A stretch of 64,000 bases of DNA from an uncultured Alphaproteobacteria bacterium (lineage in GTDB: Bacteria > Pseudomonadota > Alphaproteobacteria > HIMB59). The DNA lies in NCBI GenBank assembly GCA_902530745.1, contig CACABO010000003.1:53397-117396 (forward strand). The letters are read 5' to 3'. Positions 11,011-20,703 of the stretch are shown here, piece by piece. A model generated the notes under the pieces. That model was not told the origin of the DNA and did no database searches. It worked only from the letters and a program-made list of their open reading frames with translations. The position numbers were made by a program, and so were the translations under genes. Positions within the stretch are counted from its first letter, which is position 1. Each line of letters begins with the position of its first letter.

Positions 11011-11347
11011 ACTCAATCCTCTTTTTGTTTTTCAAATAAAGTAGCAAAGCTAAACCTTCGTATGCAATTTTCCATAGTTGTCTAAATAATGGTAGCTTCA
11101 ACAATAAAGACAGGTATCTCCATCTTGGAATTGTATCCCATAAAACTAAAAAGGACTCTGATCCAGAAAAAATTTTTCCATCATGATATACATGCATTCT
11201 TCTAAATAAATCTTTTTTGGAGAGATGATTTATATGCTCATCTTTATTTTTTGAAATATCAACATAGTTTATATTAATGGTTTTCTTTTTATAGTGACTT
11301 ATCTCTGCATTACAAATATTACATGAACCATTAAAGTATACTTTCAT
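11009..11347 (-). CDS. DCC-family (DUF393) thiol-disulfide oxidoreductase
   Basis: N-terminal VYFNGSCNIC (variant of DxxCxxC) and MHV...SGSESF..LW pattern. Confidence 0.8.
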   Translation of the reverse strand: MKVYFNGSCNICNAEISHYKKKTININYVDISKNKDEHINHLSKKDLFRRMHVYHDGKIFSGSESFLVLWDTIPRWRYLSLLLKLPLFRQLWKIAYEGLALLLYLKNKKRIE

Positions 11348-11352
11348 TTTGA

Positions 11353-11967
11353 TTACGCGGGTGGTGGTATTGAGCCATCTTTAAATAGATCATATCCCTT
11401 TAAGACAGCGGGTCTAAGTGATATTTGATTATACCAACGCAATAGATTGATATATTTATTCAGACCTATATCATGAATTGGATGTCTAGCGATCCAAGGA
11501 AATGTTGCGATATCTGCAATTGAATATTCATTTGCCAAATATTCATTTATAGATAAATGATCATCTAAATTTTTGTATATCGTTTCTGCAATTTTAAAAT
11601 ATCTATCTTCACCAAAATCACTTTTACCGGGATTATAATGATGAAATTGATGATGCTGACCTAACATGGGGCCTATATAACCCATTTGAGCCATCAACCA
11701 CTGGGTTGTTAAACTTTGATTTGAGCCATAAAATTCTCCTGATAAATTTGCCAAGTGAATTAAGATAGCACCAGACTCAAATATGGTCTTATTATTATGT
11801 CTTAAAACAGGAATTTTTGAAAATGGAGAAATTTTTTTAAACTCCTCGTTGAATTGTTCACCCTTATTTAAATTAATTAAAGTCAAATCATAACTCTCAT
11901 TAATCTCCTCTAACATTATTGAAATTTTTCTTGCATTTGGAGTTGAGTCTGCAAATAATTCAAACAT
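11353..11967 (-). CDS. Glutathione S-transferase, YfcG/Nu class
   Basis: TPNARKI, ISPFSKIPVL, FESGAIL, GPMLGQ, YSIADIATFPW, RPAV. Confidence 0.9.
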   Translation of the reverse strand: MFELFADSTPNARKISIMLEEINESYDLTLINLNKGEQFNEEFKKISPFSKIPVLRHNNKTIFESGAILIHLANLSGEFYGSNQSLTTQWLMAQMGYIGPMLGQHHQFHHYNPGKSDFGEDRYFKIAETIYKNLDDHLSINEYLANEYSIADIATFPWIARHPIHDIGLNKYINLLRWYNQISLRPAVLKGYDLFKDGSIPPPA

Positions 11968-12303
11968 TCAAATTAAACTCATAATATATTTATGAACAAA
12001 ATATCCTATTACGAGTAAAGTCAATCCAATCAAGTAAATTAACCAAAAATTCATATTGAGATTTTTTGCAAAGAAAAAAGGTAAGAAAAATAAATATGAG
12101 ACAGGTACTCCAATAAGAATGCTTTTTGCAAATATTACAGTATTTTCAGTATTTTTATGCTCTAAGAAAGAGAAGGCTATGGCTATTATACTTGCTATTG
12201 GAAGAGCAATAATAAATCCAGATAGCTCAGGTTTTTTACCGGAAAGCCAACTTGCAAATGCAATCACAAGAGCAGCTAATAAAACTTTTAAAGCAAAAAT
12301 CAT
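11968..12303 (-). CDS. Small four-TM membrane protein (DUF3147/GlpM-like)
   Basis: Four hydrophobic segments and a GFIIALP motif. Confidence 0.55.
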   Translation of the reverse strand: MIFALKVLLAALVIAFASWLSGKKPELSGFIIALPIASIIAIAFSFLEHKNTENTVIFAKSILIGVPVSYLFFLPFFFAKNLNMNFWLIYLIGLTLLVIGYFVHKYIMSLI

Positions 12304-12333
12304 AATTATCTATTTTATACTAATTAATAATAA

Positions 12334-13167
12334 TTAAAGATTATTTTCAGGTATTAAGAAAGTTGTTGACGCCCAATCACTATGCCAGATTGGCTCATTT
12401 TTTTCTGGGTCTGCTTTTAATGGATAAATCACAACTGAGTCTAAAAGATATTCCCTTGCTGGTTCAATATCAAAAGTGAATTTTCCTTTATCATCCGTTA
12501 TGGTATTTACAATTGATAACTTTGTATTTTTATATTTCGAAAAAATTGTAACAAGATTTTTTTTTAGCGGTTTTTTTTTGTAATATAAAGTTCCACTCAT
12601 TTGCTTTGAATTCAATTCTTTGTATGGATTTTGGTCTAAAACAAATTCAAATAGAAGTCCTGTTTTTTTATCCTTTCCCTCACTGCCATTTAGTGTAATA
12701 AGAGATTTTGCATAACGACGAAAACTCTCAATAAAATTACTTTCAGGAAATCCTTTCTCAAAATGAGTATTGATTAGTTGCTGGTAACCTTTTTCATTAA
12801 CAAAATCCTCGAATTTTTGAAACTTTTTATAATCAACATATTTATCTTTAGTTTCATGATAAATAATTAATAAATTGTCTAAATTAGTCGTTATATTAAT
12901 TGCAGGCACATCACCTAGTATGCCTTTTATTTTTTCTTTTTTATTTTTAGATCCAGATAATATTTTAAATGTTTTAAAATCTTGTGGATTATACATTAAA
13001 ACCATACCTTGAAATTCTTGTCCTACCCTCAAGTGAGCATTTATTAAGTCATCATTAAGTTGATATTGCGTAGGCTCGATCCAAAATTCATGAGCGTTTG
13101 CTCTAATAGAATAAGCAATAAGGAGCAAAAAAAAATAAAGAATTTTTAGATGAATTTTGGTAAACAT
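12334..13167 (-). CDS. DUF4198-family periplasmic protein (associated with Ni/Co uptake)
   Basis: Signal peptide then AHEFWIEP; YAKSLI, TDDKGKFTF, WASTTF. Confidence 0.8.
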   Translation of the reverse strand: MFTKIHLKILYFFLLLIAYSIRANAHEFWIEPTQYQLNDDLINAHLRVGQEFQGMVLMYNPQDFKTFKILSGSKNKKEKIKGILGDVPAINITTNLDNLLIIYHETKDKYVDYKKFQKFEDFVNEKGYQQLINTHFEKGFPESNFIESFRRYAKSLITLNGSEGKDKKTGLLFEFVLDQNPYKELNSKQMSGTLYYKKKPLKKNLVTIFSKYKNTKLSIVNTITDDKGKFTFDIEPAREYLLDSVVIYPLKADPEKNEPIWHSDWASTTFLIPENNL

Positions 13168-13173
13168 GACCGA

Positions 13174-14277
13174 ATGATTAAGTACTTATTTTTTCTAATT
13201 TTAATATTGGGCTCTCCTCTGCATTCACACGAAATTAAACCCGCGATTATGGATATTACCATTATTGAAGGAAATGCATCAATCGAATTTAAATTAAATG
13301 CGGAAACTGTTCTCTCTGAAATTGATGCCTCTTTATATCAGGATACCAACGACTCACCTCAATCTCAAAAATATGATGCTTTACGGGCCCTTTCCACTGA
13401 AGAAATAGAGAAAATGGTCATAGAAAATGAAATCAAATTTACAGATAAGATTAAAATCAATATCGGAGATGAAACTATCCCGCTTTCTTTAAGAAATGTA
13501 GATACTTTTCAAGAAATAAACGATGAATTTCCCAGAGATACAACTTTAAACATAGGTTTTGAAATAAAAGATGAGTCTTTTACCATTCAATTTGAAAAAG
13601 AATTAGGTCCCGTGGTAATTAGACATTTTGAGGATTTATCAAAAGAGTCTGTTTTATTTACAACTTATTTACAACCTGCTGAAAGATCATCACTCATATC
13701 CCAACAGACACGGTCTTCAGCTTTAAGTACAACAATTGAATATTTAGTTTTAGGGATAGAGCATATTGTTCCTAAGGGACTTGACCATATCTTATTCATA
13801 ATAGGTATCTTTTTTTTCGCCATCAAATTTAAACCTTTATTACTTCAAGTCACAATGTTTACAGTTGCGCATTCGATCACACTTATTCTAGCTAGTTTTA
13901 ATTTAATTTTTATACCTGCTACTATTGTTGAACCGTTAATAGCATTGTCTATAAGCTATGTTGCAATTGAGAATATATTTCAAAGACGTTCAACTTTACT
14001 TCGGTATTTAATAATTTTTATTTTTGGATTAATTCATGGTTTAGGTTTTGCGTTTGTGCTGGGAGATATTGGGTTAAATACTAGTCAACTTGTTTTAAGT
14101 TTAATCTCATTTAACATTGGTGTAGAAATAGCACAGATAGCAATTATTATCTTAGCATCAATTATCTTTATAATACCTTCACGTCAAAGTTGGTATAGAG
14201 CATTTTTGCAAATTCCTATTTCGATTATAATTTCAATGATTGGTTTATATTGGTTTATTGAAAGGGTATTCTTTTAA
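13174..14277 (+). CDS. HupE/UreJ-family metal (Ni/Co) transporter with N-terminal periplasmic domain
   Basis: Signal peptide plus HE; GIEHI..GLDHILF, FTVAHSITL, FGLIHGLGFA, FNIGVEIAQ. Start placed at ATG 13174. Confidence 0.85.
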   Translation: MIKYLFFLILILGSPLHSHEIKPAIMDITIIEGNASIEFKLNAETVLSEIDASLYQDTNDSPQSQKYDALRALSTEEIEKMVIENEIKFTDKIKINIGDETIPLSLRNVDTFQEINDEFPRDTTLNIGFEIKDESFTIQFEKELGPVVIRHFEDLSKESVLFTTYLQPAERSSLISQQTRSSALSTTIEYLVLGIEHIVPKGLDHILFIIGIFFFAIKFKPLLLQVTMFTVAHSITLILASFNLIFIPATIVEPLIALSISYVAIENIFQRRSTLLRYLIIFIFGLIHGLGFAFVLGDIGLNTSQLVLSLISFNIGVEIAQIAIIILASIIFIIPSRQSWYRAFLQIPISIIISMIGLYWFIERVFF

Positions 14278-14831
14278 AAATTTATTTTAATAGTGCCAAG
14301 AACTGATAGAGATTTATTTGTTATCACCATTTCTCCTGAACTTGGATAATAATCAAGAAAACCACCAACAATTACATAATGGGTTACAAAAATTAAATTA
14401 CCTTGACTGTCGTCCCAATTTTTAATGAATTGATTTAATTCATACATTTGTTTTGAATGGTTTTTTTGATAATCAGCTGAAAATGTTGAATTTAAGGCAC
14501 TTAAACTCTCAAAATTTCCAAATGCAAGACGAGCGGTTTCTTTGCAGCGACACCATTCGCTGGAATAAACAGAGTCTATTGGAATAGAATATTTAGAAAA
14601 TAATATACCCATTCGTTTAGATTGATTAATTCCTTGTTCATTTAAATTTCTTTGTGTTGAACAATCGTATAATTCAAAATTATTGGGATCACCGCCTCCG
14701 GGAGCATATGCATGACGAATAAAAACTACTTTACCACCCTCTTTTAATAATTCCCAACTTGTTGTTTCATCAGATAAAGAACTAAATGTAAAAAATATAG
14801 AAATTAAGAAAATTAAATTAATAATTTTCAT
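14274..14831 (-). CDS. Secreted histidine phosphatase family protein
   Basis: Signal peptide; VFIRHA, QRNLNEQG, SSEWCRCKETA, VTH. Confidence 0.85.
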   Translation of the reverse strand: MKIINLIFLISIFFTFSSLSDETTSWELLKEGGKVVFIRHAYAPGGGDPNNFELYDCSTQRNLNEQGINQSKRMGILFSKYSIPIDSVYSSEWCRCKETARLAFGNFESLSALNSTFSADYQKNHSKQMYELNQFIKNWDDSQGNLIFVTHYVIVGGFLDYYPSSGEMVITNKSLSVLGTIKINF

Positions 14832-15325
14832 TGTTGAGAGAGGTATTGATGATATGCCTGCTTTTTTACGTCATTCCAATATTGATCTGCCTCTTCAGCT
14901 GTATATTTTCCGTAAAGTTGCATCCAGAGATCGGTTGTCACTAAGGATAAAACCTCCTCTTTTTCTTTCCACTCATCATAGATCCAAGGGTCTAAAGAGG
15001 GCTCAACTCCTTTTTGTGAAAAATAATTGACCTCTTCATGAATTCCCCCTATGTCTATAATCATTGTTTTAGGAGAAAACTCTACATCCTCAAAAAAACG
15101 TATACGTGCTATATCTTCTTCGGTTAATCCTTTAACCACTATACCTTCAACGCCAGAATAATTTTCACCGAAGATTATTACAGGGAAGTTTTCATTAATG
15201 ACTAAACGCAACTCACTTTTTGGTGCAAAAGCTTTAGTTATTTTTAAGTGATCAGTTTTTCCTCCTATAACCTTCTCTAATATTGCAATAGAGCGAAGAG
15301 TGCCGTAAAAAAAATAATTATTCAT
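14828..15325 (-). CDS. Gamma-glutamylcyclotransferase (AIG2-like) family protein
   Basis: N-terminal YFFYGTL motif; VEG..V.GL....ARI.FFE pattern. Confidence 0.75.
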   Translation of the reverse strand: MNNYFFYGTLRSIAILEKVIGGKTDHLKITKAFAPKSELRLVINENFPVIIFGENYSGVEGIVVKGLTEEDIARIRFFEDVEFSPKTMIIDIGGIHEEVNYFSQKGVEPSLDPWIYDEWKEKEEVLSLVTTDLWMQLYGKYTAEEADQYWNDVKKQAYHQYLSQQ

Positions 15326-15332
15326 TTTAGTC

Positions 15333-16109
15333 TTAGAAAAATTCTGGAAGAGCTGCTTTTTTTATTTTCATTTCATGAAGGAGTATGCAAATTTGTTCAG
15401 AAATTTCAACACTATTTGGCGTATCACTGTGAACACACACTGAATGAATGTTTGTTTTGAGAGTATTCCCATTACGTGAAATAATCCCTCCTTGTATAAG
15501 CATGGCTTCTACATGCTCCTTGGCGCTACTAGGATCTGTTATCAAAGAGTCATTAATGGAACGAGGTGTTAAAGTAGCATCATCTTCATAAGTGCGATCT
15601 GCAAAAATCTCAAGGGCGGTGGGTATGTTGCTATTCATACCGATTTTAGCAAGTTCACTTAAAGCTGGTGCAAGTAATATCATTGATGGGTAATTTTTTT
15701 TTAAAACATCTACTATTTCACTAGAAAGGTCTTGGTCAACGCATGCCATATTGCTCAAAGCTCCATGAAGCTTAACATGTGTTAATGGAAAATTAATATT
15801 AGAGGCAAGATTATGCATAAACATTAACTGGTCTTTGACAATTTCTTGGATTAATTTTTTGCTCCAATTAATTTTTGTGCGCCCAAAATTATCTCTATCT
15901 AAAAAAGAAATATGTGCACCAACTGAAACACGTTTTGTTTTACAGTAATTTAGTGCTTTAAAAACAACATCTTCTGACCCCCCATGATATAAACAGGAAA
16001 GATTAGCAGAGCTAATTTTATTTATTAACTGCGCATCAACAGTCTCGAAAAAACTGAGATCTTTTTCTGCGATATCAGAATTTAAATTAATTTTATTCAA
16101 ATGCACCAA
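15333..16109 (-). CDS. pxpA: 5-oxoprolinase subunit A (LamB/YcsF family)
   Basis: NLNSDIAE, ISSANL, VGAH..F.D...FGR, HVKLHGAL, EIFADRTY, SVCVHSDTP. Confidence 0.88.
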   Translation of the reverse strand: MVHLNKINLNSDIAEKDLSFFETVDAQLINKISSANLSCLYHGGSEDVVFKALNYCKTKRVSVGAHISFLDRDNFGRTKINWSKKLIQEIVKDQLMFMHNLASNINFPLTHVKLHGALSNMACVDQDLSSEIVDVLKKNYPSMILLAPALSELAKIGMNSNIPTALEIFADRTYEDDATLTPRSINDSLITDPSSAKEHVEAMLIQGGIISRNGNTLKTNIHSVCVHSDTPNSVEISEQICILLHEMKIKKAALPEFF

Positions 16110-16129
16110 AGTTACATTATGATATTAGC

Positions 16130-16849
16130 GTGTATTTCAAAGGAATAAATTCTTATGGGGATCGGGGTTTAGTCTTAGATTTTGGGAATGAAACCTCAAA
16201 ATCTATATCACAGGAGGTAAATGAGACATTTTTAAATATTTCAAACCTTAATCTTCAATCACTAAACATTATTCCTTCCTTCAATAAAATAGTTGTAATT
16301 TTTGAAAATTCAAAAATTAGAGATCAAAACAAAGACAAAATTAGTATGAAAATGAGAGATACAAACTCTAAAACCAACAAAAAAGTCACTAAAACATGGG
16401 AAATACCGGCATGTTATAATGAAGATTTTGCTTTAGATATAAAGATCGTCCAAAAACTACACCAGATTACAAAAGAAGAGGTTATCAATTTTCACTCATC
16501 AGTTCGTTACTATACATATTATATAGGCTTCATGCCGGGATTTCCATATTTAGGGGATGTTCCCTCCCAATTAATCACACCGCGGTTAGCTACTCCAAGG
16601 GTAAAAATTCCTGCTAGATCCATTGGCATAGCAAAAAACCATACCTGTATATATCCAAAAGTTTCACCTGGAGGTTGGAATATAATTGGACAAATACCAT
16701 TTGATATTTTTGATTTACAAAGTTCTTACCCTTCCCTTTTTCTTCCAGGTGATGAAGTAAAATTTTACTCCGTATCACTTTCAGAGTTTGAAAAAATTAG
16801 AAAATATAATTTTTCATTAAATGAATTGGTCAAGGAATACTCGTCATGA
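16130..16849 (+). CDS. pxpB: 5-oxoprolinase subunit B
   Basis: GDRGL, IGFMPGFPYLG, PRLATPR, IYPKVSPGGWNIIG. Confidence 0.9.
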   Translation: MYFKGINSYGDRGLVLDFGNETSKSISQEVNETFLNISNLNLQSLNIIPSFNKIVVIFENSKIRDQNKDKISMKMRDTNSKTNKKVTKTWEIPACYNEDFALDIKIVQKLHQITKEEVINFHSSVRYYTYYIGFMPGFPYLGDVPSQLITPRLATPRVKIPARSIGIAKNHTCIYPKVSPGGWNIIGQIPFDIFDLQSSYPSLFLPGDEVKFYSVSLSEFEKIRKYNFSLNELVKEYSS

Positions 16850-17724
16850 ACTCAATCATAATCACTCGTGCAGGGACTCATTCAACTATTCAAGACTTTG
16901 GAAGATTTCAATATCAGCACTTAGGAGTTTCACCAAGTGGAGCAATGGACCAAAGAATTATTACAGAGCTTCAAAAAATTATACCCAATCATCAAAATCA
17001 ATTTCTAGAATTTGCTTATGTGGGGCCTTCAATAAAAGTAAAAGAAGGATCTGTTAAGATTTGTGTTGGTGGTAATTGTAATATGAGTATTGAGAAAAAT
17101 AACAACAGCCAGCTTGAGTGCCATCCCTATAAAAGTATTAATTTATTTGAGGGCGATGAATTGATTATTCACAATACAATAGACTCAGTATATGGATACA
17201 TAGCTTTTGAGCATGGACTTGGGTTAGAGCCTTGTCTTAATAGCTACTCTACTGACACAAAAGCAGGAATAGGTTCGATTAATCGACCTTTAAATGACGA
17301 AGATATGTTTCACATTAGCAAAGATGTAAGCTCTTGGGATCTTATCTCTATACCAAAACCTGATTTAGAAAAGGTAACCAATTTCAAAGTTTATCCCGGT
17401 CCTCAACTTCAATATTTCTCAGACAATACACTACAATCTTTTATTAGCGGTGTTTTTACAATAACTAATCAAAGTGATCGAATGGGTATCAGGCTCAAAG
17501 GTGAGAGTCTCATTAGTTCTAAGTCTCATGATATTTTGTCTGAAGGAATATTACCTGGATCTATTCAAGTGCCAAGTGATGGGCAACCCATTGTATTAAT
17601 GCGGGACATTCCTTGTACTGGCGGGTATCCAAAAATTGCAATTTTAAATGAAGTGGATATTTCAAGAATCTCTCAGCTCCCCCCTGAAACCAAAATCACC
17701 TTCGATTTACAAACAATCTATTAG
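16846..17724 (+). CDS. pxpC: 5-oxoprolinase subunit C
   Basis: TIQDFGR, GVSPSGAMD, SDRMGIRL, GSIQVPSDGQPIVL, TGGYPKIA. Confidence 0.9.
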   Translation: MNSIIITRAGTHSTIQDFGRFQYQHLGVSPSGAMDQRIITELQKIIPNHQNQFLEFAYVGPSIKVKEGSVKICVGGNCNMSIEKNNNSQLECHPYKSINLFEGDELIIHNTIDSVYGYIAFEHGLGLEPCLNSYSTDTKAGIGSINRPLNDEDMFHISKDVSSWDLISIPKPDLEKVTNFKVYPGPQLQYFSDNTLQSFISGVFTITNQSDRMGIRLKGESLISSKSHDILSEGILPGSIQVPSDGQPIVLMRDIPCTGGYPKIAILNEVDISRISQLPPETKITFDLQTIY

Positions 17725-17748
17725 CACAGATTTCATGTATAATTAAAA

Positions 17749-18486
17749 GTGAAAATCTCAAGTGTTCAAGATCTAATACCAATATCGAAAAATTCGAATA
17801 GCTCCATGTTATCAAGACATGATGCACTGGAAAAATTCAATTCTTTTAATCCTGCTCTCTATGCAAAAACAAGAAACTTTTTGAATGGACAAATTTCAAG
17901 ATTATCAGCCCATATAAAATATGGAATCATCACTAACAAAGAGCTCTATCGATATATTCGAGACAAATATAATTTTGTTGAGAGTGAAAAGTTTATTCAA
18001 GAATTAGCATGGAGAGATTTTTGGAGAAGCTATGCCTACCATCATCCTGATCAACTATGGACAGATGTAGAAGAATATAAAACTGGATTTCAAGCTCAAG
18101 AATATCAAGATAACTTGCCTGAGGATGTTATATCAGCAACAACACCTACACAGATTATTAATATTTTCATCGAGCAACTCACTAGCACTGGGTACCTTCA
18201 TAACCATGCACGTATGTATTTAGCTTCTTATATTATTCACTTTAGAAGAGTGAAGTGGCAAGCTGGAGCGAAGTTTTTTATGAGTCATTTACTTGATGGA
18301 GATATTGCAAGTAATAACTTCTCTTGGCAGTGGATCGCGAGCACCTTTGCAGGAAAACCTTATATATTTAATTTAGAAAATGTTCACAAATACTGTCACA
18401 AAATCATAGATATTATACCTGAGAAGAATAGAGAAATAGATGGCAGCTATGAAGAAATTAGCTCGAGGCTCTTTCCCAATTTATGA
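17749..18486 (+). CDS. Stand-alone photolyase FAD-binding/catalytic domain (NewPHL-like)
   Basis: YAKTRN, SRLSAHI, KFIQELAWRDFW, TGYLHNHARMYLAS, HLLDGDIASNNFSWQW. Only 245 aa, with no N-terminal antenna domain. Confidence 0.85.
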   Translation: MKISSVQDLIPISKNSNSSMLSRHDALEKFNSFNPALYAKTRNFLNGQISRLSAHIKYGIITNKELYRYIRDKYNFVESEKFIQELAWRDFWRSYAYHHPDQLWTDVEEYKTGFQAQEYQDNLPEDVISATTPTQIINIFIEQLTSTGYLHNHARMYLASYIIHFRRVKWQAGAKFFMSHLLDGDIASNNFSWQWIASTFAGKPYIFNLENVHKYCHKIIDIIPEKNREIDGSYEEISSRLFPNL

Positions 18487-18878
18487 ACTTAATTTATTTA
18501 TACGACGAGTTTATGAGATTGCCAGCCGGTATTGAGGGTAATCCCGTTTACATCTTTGATGATACTTTAACTGAAGGCTATGAGCTTAGTGACAAAATCA
18601 TTGAAAATAGATACTTTTTAGCCAAAGAGGCAGGGGCTGAAATCTATAGAGGTAATACATATGAGATATTGCAAGAAATTCATAACCAAAACACCATATC
18701 CAAAATTATAACAAAATCTACTTTTAGACCTATTTACCAAAATTTATTTCAAAAATTAGGTGAAAAATATGATTTAGAGCAGTTACCCGATTACTTCTTA
18801 TTGCAGGAGAATTATCTACATCCAGCAAAAAGATTTTTTCAGTATTGGAACAAAATTAAGAAAAATTTAAAATATTAG
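18483..18878 (+). CDS. Hypothetical protein, probable truncated photolyase antenna-like domain
   Basis: ATGA overlap with the FAD-domain gene. PVYIFDD (photolyase alpha/beta-domain-like) and C-terminal KRFFQYW. Confidence 0.55.
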   Translation: MNLIYLYDEFMRLPAGIEGNPVYIFDDTLTEGYELSDKIIENRYFLAKEAGAEIYRGNTYEILQEIHNQNTISKIITKSTFRPIYQNLFQKLGEKYDLEQLPDYFLLQENYLHPAKRFFQYWNKIKKNLKY

Positions 18879-18880
18879 TC

Positions 18881-19081
18881 ATGGCTGAGAAATGCAAATA
18901 TTGCGAGGGAGAGTTATCAGTCATGGACAGTGTGTATATAGAATCTGAAATTAGAACAGCTCCTAAGAAAGTTCAAAATTTAATTAAAAGTCATCATAAT
19001 CTTGTCTGTTACATGTGTTATAAAAAACTAAAAGCTATTAAAGTGATAAATACTGAAGATAAAAATAAAAAATTAAATTAG
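18881..19081 (+). CDS. Small CxxC...CxxC putative zinc-binding protein
   Basis: CKYC and CYMC in 66 aa. Starts 2 nt after the preceding gene. Confidence 0.55.
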   Translation: MAEKCKYCEGELSVMDSVYIESEIRTAPKKVQNLIKSHHNLVCYMCYKKLKAIKVINTEDKNKKLN

Positions 19082-20703
19082 AGATTTTTGACTGTTTCTC
19101 TTAACTCGTACTTTTGAATTTTACCAGTTGATGTTTTTGGTAAGACCTGAAATATAAAAGTTTTGGGCATTTTAAAACCAGCTAAGTGCTCTCTACAAAA
19201 TTTCTTTAACTCATCTTCTTCTACCGTTTGACCTTCAATTAATTCTATAAAAGCACAGGGTGTCTCACCCCATTTTTCATCAGGTCTAGCAACAACTGCT
19301 GCTAATGATACTGCAGGGTGCTTTGTAATAATATTTTCAATTTCTACAGATGATATATTTTCACCACCACTAATAATAATATCTTTTGAACGATCTTTAA
19401 CTTGAATATATCCACTAGGGTGCATTACTGCTAAGTCGCCCGAGTGAAACCATCCGCTTTTCATCGACTCTTTAGTGGCCTCTTCATTTTTGTAGTACCC
19501 CATCATGACAGTATTTCCTCGGATCATAATCTCCCCCATAGTTTCTCCATCGGAAGGAACAGGTTCGAGTGTTTCTGGGTTCATGACCGATACCATTTCT
19601 GTGTGTGGATAGCGAACTCCTTGATAGGCTTTGAGCTCAGATCGCTTTTCATCTGCTAAGTTATCCCAGTCCTTATTCCAAGCACAATGAACAACATGAC
19701 CGTAAGTTTCAGTCAGTCCATATACATGCATAACCTCAAAGCCTAAAGACTCCATTTTTTGAAGAATTGAACTAGGAGGCGGTGCGCCAGCAGTCATAAC
19801 GTAAACCTTATTTTTCAATGCTTTTTGATCATCTGCAGGGGCATTTGCTATCATATTTAATACGATAGGAGCACCTCCAAAGTGAGTCACCTCATATTTA
19901 TCAATTAATTCGAAAATTTCTTTAACAACAATGTTTCGTATAAATATTACACGGGCATGGAGCATCGCCAAAGTCCATGGATACCCCCAGCCATTGCAGT
20001 GAAACATTGGCACTGTATATAAATAGGTAAGCCGGTTAGGCATATTCCATGCAGTGATACTTCCCATTGACATTAAATAGGACCCTCTGTGATGGTACAC
20101 AACACCTTTTGGGTTTCCTGTTGTTCCAGATGTATAGTTCAGTGAAATAGCCTGCCACTCATCATCAGGTCTTATCCATTCAAACCCCTCATCACCTGTT
20201 TGTAGGAAACTTTCGTACTCTAGTTTTCCAATTGAAGGAATGTCTCCTAAATCTGCTTGCTTGTCGTCGATATCAATAACGATGATCTCTCGATTAACTT
20301 GAGCAATAGCATCAATTGCTACATTGTGAAATTGTCGATCCACTATAAAAACTTTACAATCACTATGGTCTAGTATGTAGGCGACTGTTCTAGTGTCTAA
20401 ACGAGTATTAATTGTGTTAACAACCCCTCCAGTCATAGGAACAGAATAATGCGCTTCAAATAATTCAGGTGTATTTGCTGCCATAATAGAAACAACATCA
20501 CCTTTACCAATTCCAACTTTGGTTAAAGCACTAGCAAATCGAGTACATCGATCGTAAACCTGTCTCCAGGAGTACTTTCTCTCTTTATATACTATGGCTT
20601 CATAGTCGGGGTATACGTCTTTTATTCGATCAAGAAAACTGATGGGCGTTAAAGGAACAAAGTTTGCATCATTTTTATGCATTCCCTGTTCAAAATTATT
20701 CAT
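19078..20703 (-). CDS. Acyl-CoA synthetase (AAE7/DmdB-like short/medium-chain ligase)
   Basis: PLTPISFL, YTSGTTGNPKGV, PMFHCNGW, YGLTETYG, GWFHSGDL, DRSKDIIISGGENISS, LPKTSTGKIQK. Confidence 0.92.
   Translation of the reverse strand: MNNFEQGMHKNDANFVPLTPISFLDRIKDVYPDYEAIVYKERKYSWRQVYDRCTRFASALTKVGIGKGDVVSIMAANTPELFEAHYSVPMTGGVVNTINTRLDTRTVAYILDHSDCKVFIVDRQFHNVAIDAIAQVNREIIVIDIDDKQADLGDIPSIGKLEYESFLQTGDEGFEWIRPDDEWQAISLNYTSGTTGNPKGVVYHHRGSYLMSMGSITAWNMPNRLTYLYTVPMFHCNGWGYPWTLAMLHARVIFIRNIVVKEIFELIDKYEVTHFGGAPIVLNMIANAPADDQKALKNKVYVMTAGAPPPSSILQKMESLGFEVMHVYGLTETYGHVVHCAWNKDWDNLADEKRSELKAYQGVRYPHTEMVSVMNPETLEPVPSDGETMGEIMIRGNTVMMGYYKNEEATKESMKSGWFHSGDLAVMHPSGYIQVKDRSKDIIISGGENISSVEIENIITKHPAVSLAAVVARPDEKWGETPCAFIELIEGQTVEEDELKKFCREHLAGFKMPKTFIFQVLPKTSTGKIQKYELRETVKNL

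Noticed and set aside
10927-11016. 29-aa minus-strand ORF (MSRTILEENHKNGSGGLRLVINSYFSEKI) running through the hairpin
   Set aside because: Short, TTG start, no recognisable family. The hairpin alone explains the region.
16130-17724. Allophanate hydrolase / urea amidolyase call
   Set aside because: With a LamB/YcsF gene adjacent and no urea carboxylase, 5-oxoprolinase PxpBC is the better-supported assignment.
19078-20703. Firm dmdB (DMSP demethylation pathway) assignment
   Set aside because: The family fits, but no dmdA, dmdC or dmdD is nearby and the neighbour is a beta-oxidation enzyme. The substrate cannot be fixed from sequence.
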